From Candidatus Babeliales bacterium (GTDB taxonomy: Bacteria; Babelota; Babeliae; Babelales; JANWKD01): DNA of 64,000 nt. The DNA is taken from the NCBI GenBank assembly GCA_963701665.1, contig OY969622.1, forward strand, positions 1,120,001-1,184,000. Direction: 5' to 3'. The notes beneath the pieces were generated by a model. That model was not told the DNA's origin and searched no databases. It was given only the letters and a program-made list of their open reading frames with translations. Of this stretch, positions 60,427 through 64,000 are shown in pieces (the stretch's first letter is position 1; the number at the start of each line of letters is the position of its first letter). The position numbers and the translations under genes are program-made.

Positions 60427-61599
60427 ATGCGTAGAGAACACTATTTAGCCCAGATAAAAAATAATTTTCGGGTACACTCAGTATGCGCTGTTCTCGGCCC
60501 TCGCCAAGTAGGTAAAACAACCTTAGCCAAGATGTTTATTCAAGAACATTTTTCTGGTAACGCCCATTTTTTCGATTTAGAAAACCCTTTGGACTTAGCT
60601 CGCCTTGAAAATCCACTCTTAGCCTTTGAAGCAATTGAACAAACACTTATTGTTATTGATGAGGTTCAACGTCGACCAGATCTTTTTCCTATTCTGCGAG
60701 TTCTTGTTGATCGAGACAATAATCCTCATAAATACCTCATTCTTGGCAGTGCCTCACGAGATCTCATTGCCCAATCATCTGAAACCTTAGCAGGAAGAAT
60801 TGGCTATATTGAACTTCCACCCTTTTCACTTTTTGAAGTAAAAAATAGCAAACGACTGTGGTCTCGTGGTGGATTTCCCCGCTCATATTTAGCAGATACG
60901 CAAGAAGATAGCTATTTTTGGCGACAAAGTTATATTACTACTTTTTTGGAACGGGATATTCCAAATCTTGGTTTTTCAGTTCCTTCGGCACAGATGCGCC
61001 GATTTTGGCTTATGCTTGCCCATTATCATGGTCAAATATTTAATGCTTCTGAACTTGCACGATCATTAGCACTATCCGATCATATGGTACGTAAGTATCT
61101 TGATATTTTAGCCGGGACTTTTATGATACGTATCCTACCGCCTTGGTTTGAAAATTTACACAAACGACAAGTTAAATCACCAAAAATGTATTTTCGCGAT
61201 AGTGGCATTTTACATGCGTTATTGGGAATTATTAACGAATCAGAGCTACAAATATTTCCTAAACTTGGCTCTTTTTGGGAAGGCTTTGCGCTCGAAGAAA
61301 TAATTCGCACTTTTGATGCATCACAAGGCGAATATTATTTTTGGTCAACACAAGCACAAGCAGAACTTGATTTGTTCATCTTAAAACATGGTAAACGATT
61401 AGGTTTTGAATTCAAATATACCGATGCACCAAAACTCACCAAATCAATGCACATTGCATTAGAAGATCTTAAGCTTGATCACCTGGCAGTATTGTATCCT
61501 GGCAAGGAGATATTCCCGCTGGGCGAACGCATGTATGCTTATGGCCTTGAAACAATTGCATCAGGCGAATTTTTGCACACTATAAAAGAATACTTTTAA
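60427..61599 (+). CDS. AAA_14 ATPase with DUF4143 / PD-(D/E)XK-like C-terminus
   Basis: GPRQVGKTT, VIDEVQ, ETLAGR, RGGFP, KSPKMYFRDSG, ELD..GFEFK. Confidence 0.9.
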   Translation: MRREHYLAQIKNNFRVHSVCAVLGPRQVGKTTLAKMFIQEHFSGNAHFFDLENPLDLARLENPLLAFEAIEQTLIVIDEVQRRPDLFPILRVLVDRDNNPHKYLILGSASRDLIAQSSETLAGRIGYIELPPFSLFEVKNSKRLWSRGGFPRSYLADTQEDSYFWRQSYITTFLERDIPNLGFSVPSAQMRRFWLMLAHYHGQIFNASELARSLALSDHMVRKYLDILAGTFMIRILPPWFENLHKRQVKSPKMYFRDSGILHALLGIINESELQIFPKLGSFWEGFALEEIIRTFDASQGEYYFWSTQAQAELDLFILKHGKRLGFEFKYTDAPKLTKSMHIALEDLKLDHLAVLYPGKEIFPLGERMYAYGLETIASGEFLHTIKEYF

Positions 61600-61616
61600 G
61601 CAGACAACAGTTTTTA

Positions 61617-61754
61617 TTACAACAAGATCTTAGCAATCCACACGCCATCTTTTTCGAGCGAGCGCAATCCAAGATCCCACAAATCCTGAGCGATCGTTTT
61701 ACCAACGCCGGGAATTTGTTGAAATTCTTTCAAAACTCCAGATTTGGTTTTCAT
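61617..61754 (-). pseudogene. Truncated helix-hairpin-helix (Cdd1-like) protein
   Basis: MKTKSGVLKEFQQIPGVGKTIAQDLWDLGLRSLE then early stop (45 aa). Confidence 0.55.
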
Positions 61755-61783
61755 AATGTTCTTTTCTTAATGTCCATCTTCAT

Positions 61784-61819
61784 AAAAAAAGGCAGCATAT
61801 AAAAATTATACGCTGCCTT
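61784..61819 (-). terminator. Rho-independent terminator of the WD40 gene
   Basis: Minus strand AAGGCAGCGTATA-loop-TATATGCTGCC followed by a T7 run, 25 bp after the stop. Confidence 0.8.
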
Positions 61820-61844
61820 ATACATAATTTACAAAAAAATTAAA

Positions 61845-63821
61845 TTAATATCCCTTTGGAACAAATTTGCTTTGTGCCTGTTCTGTTACTTTTTCATTAT
61901 AACAAATGCCTAGCGCTCTTGCTGCTGATAATCCTTTGCCCAATTCCCTTTTTGAAGGATCTTCAAGTTTGTACTCAATCAAAGTAGTACCTTGGGAAAA
62001 CCATGAAGGATTACGCGATGACATTAAAGCAAAATACCCTATTTTGGCTAATTTTTTACCATCTGGAGAATAAGAACAGGCAGTCGTAATAAAATCTCGA
62101 TTAGGATTAAGAGCGCGTTTATCGAGATGCAGCCAATCATCATCTAGTGCAATAATTCGCACATTATTATTAGAACGAATAAAAAATTTTTCCCCGGAGT
62201 TGGGACTAAAACGAGCCTCCTGTATCCCTTCTACATAAGATTCATGCCGATATTTTCCTGCAACTACATCATAAATACAAATACCGGTGATGCCTTTAGC
62301 CCATCCGAATGGACTAAGATATGTATGTTCTCCGACTCTCCTCCCAGCAATTAATAATTGTGAGCCATCAGCTGATTGATCAACGGTCAGAGCACCATCT
62401 TCTAGCTTTAATGTCGGATTTCTACCACTCAATCGATTATCAAATACTTTTGTTTTTTCACCTCCGGCAACAAAAACATGAGGATTTGCTGGAGAGTACT
62501 GAACATCTTTTATTGGGTAAGAAAAATTCATTACTGAAGATTTCCCAGTTTCAACGTCCCATAAACGCCATGTTTTATCATAACTTCCTGATAACGCATG
62601 TTTACCATCACGATGCACGTCCAATGAACTAACTGTATCACTATGACCTTCTAACAGAACTTGAGTTTTAATTTTTTTTACACAACGCTCCTTATCCTCC
62701 CGCGTCTCACTTAACAAAGTGCGCCAATAAAATCTTCTATAAGAAGATTCAGATTTAGAAGGATCATAAATCCCAATGCTATTATTTTTGACATTAGCAA
62801 CAGCTAGCAATGCGTCATTCTGCATGAAACGAACTGCCGTAGGTTTTGTTTTTGAGCAGAAATCATCAGAAAATAGATAGGGGTAATAACGATCATTATT
62901 TTCCAATAGTATTCCATCTTTAAAAAGTAAGGCGATAGTACTGCCATTATCCGCATATCGTAATACCTGACAGCTTAAATCTCCACCTTTATAATATCTC
63001 TTTTTATTTTCATAGCGGCGATTTTTTTCAAAAATAGATGATGCTACTAATTCTGAATCTTCATCAGATAATTTAAGCGATTCAATCCAACGCATACAAT
63101 TGGAGTTCTGTTCTGCTAAAAATTTTTTGGCAAAATTAGAGTAATTATCTCCGTAATACAAACTGTCCCACAGATCCTCAGCTATGTTGTGATACCATAT
63201 CAACTTTTCTCCCTTACGAGCTGCGTTATGTGATCCTAATTTCGATTTCCTAAAAGCCGTATCGGCTATAAATTCAATACAACCTTTTTTCAGCAACTCG
63301 CCCAATTTTTTCTTTTCGTCTTCAAAATTTTTGAAAATATTGGCTAAATTAAGAAGACGTACAATATAATTGGGTTTATTTTTGTAAAAATTAAAAATGT
63401 AATTTGATACTAAATTTTGCACTTTATTATCAGGTTGATCTTTATTTGATTCGAGCAATGGATCAAGACCATCGAAAAATGATTGTGTTGCATCATCTAT
63501 AACCAAAGTATTCATTATTTCAACCGAATTATCTTTGTCATCTCTCGGCATAAAAGGATAATCCGTAGGGCTATGTTCTTTCTCTGTTTCTTCATCTTTG
63601 GTTCGCATATTTGCAATGTCACCTTCTTCTATATCTAACCGTTGACTCAATTCATCAAAACCCAACAACCCTTCTAATGATCCCATAGTATCGTCTAAAT
63701 AAGTTAATACTTGATCTAATTCAGCCCATGTTTCTGATGCATGTACATTCTCATCATTTTTTTCCATCCCAAACAAATTAAAACACGCTAGTACAGCTAT
63801 TAATAACAATAATTTTTTCAT
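61845..63821 (-). CDS. Secreted WD40-repeat protein with acidic N-terminal region (putative effector)
   Basis: LEGHSDTVSSLDV..DGKHALSGSYDKTWRLWDVETG, YSPDGKKLA; leader MKKLLLLIAVLACFNLFG-MEK. Confidence 0.85.
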   Translation of the reverse strand: MKKLLLLIAVLACFNLFGMEKNDENVHASETWAELDQVLTYLDDTMGSLEGLLGFDELSQRLDIEEGDIANMRTKDEETEKEHSPTDYPFMPRDDKDNSVEIMNTLVIDDATQSFFDGLDPLLESNKDQPDNKVQNLVSNYIFNFYKNKPNYIVRLLNLANIFKNFEDEKKKLGELLKKGCIEFIADTAFRKSKLGSHNAARKGEKLIWYHNIAEDLWDSLYYGDNYSNFAKKFLAEQNSNCMRWIESLKLSDEDSELVASSIFEKNRRYENKKRYYKGGDLSCQVLRYADNGSTIALLFKDGILLENNDRYYPYLFSDDFCSKTKPTAVRFMQNDALLAVANVKNNSIGIYDPSKSESSYRRFYWRTLLSETREDKERCVKKIKTQVLLEGHSDTVSSLDVHRDGKHALSGSYDKTWRLWDVETGKSSVMNFSYPIKDVQYSPANPHVFVAGGEKTKVFDNRLSGRNPTLKLEDGALTVDQSADGSQLLIAGRRVGEHTYLSPFGWAKGITGICIYDVVAGKYRHESYVEGIQEARFSPNSGEKFFIRSNNNVRIIALDDDWLHLDKRALNPNRDFITTACSYSPDGKKLAKIGYFALMSSRNPSWFSQGTTLIEYKLEDPSKRELGKGLSAARALGICYNEKVTEQAQSKFVPKGY

Positions 63822-64000
63822 TATAGTTTTGCCCCTGTATTAAATTTAAAAATAAGTTTACATCACTAAATTGCTTCATTAATGTAGTAATTTTTTATTT
63901 ATTTGTCAAAAAAACACAATGATTTATTGCCTTTTTTCAACCTCATAGAATACTTACTGAAACATTAATGAGTCATCGCATTAAATTAAAATTTTTGCAA

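Overview
AT-rich bacterial DNA. The abundance of signal-peptide-bearing orphans, ankyrin and WD40 proteins with an 'A/G-M-E' leader, and the T2SS/MCE genes suggest an intracellular symbiont of protists, most likely Ca. Babeliae (Dependentiae/TM6); this is inference, not a database hit. Bases 1-29.5 kb are a large glycan synthesis/modification island: GT2, sulfotransferase, Gmd, a split STELLO/DUF288 set, AsnB amidotransferase, GT4, a Wzx-GT4 fusion, three tandem exostosin-like+methyltransferase fusions, three GT-C-like membrane proteins, two GtrB-like GT2s and 11 methyltransferase domains. Ten of these normally cytoplasmic, cofactor-dependent enzymes carry Sec-type N-terminal leaders, which is the best candidate for an undescribed system. 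Bases 29.5-49.6 kb hold pgeF, tRNA-fMet, acpS, comM, secreted and outer-membrane orphans, a gspFGHIJK cluster running straight into a long MCE/MlaD gene, ybeY and three copies of a palindromic repeat. Bases 49.6-64 kb hold putative effectors (ankyrin, WD40, small basic peptides with a duplicated leader cassette), an S9 peptidase, decayed antitoxin-like genes and a second AAA_14/DUF4143 ATPase that shares an upstream palindrome with the first. All family calls come from motif recognition by eye; no searches were run.
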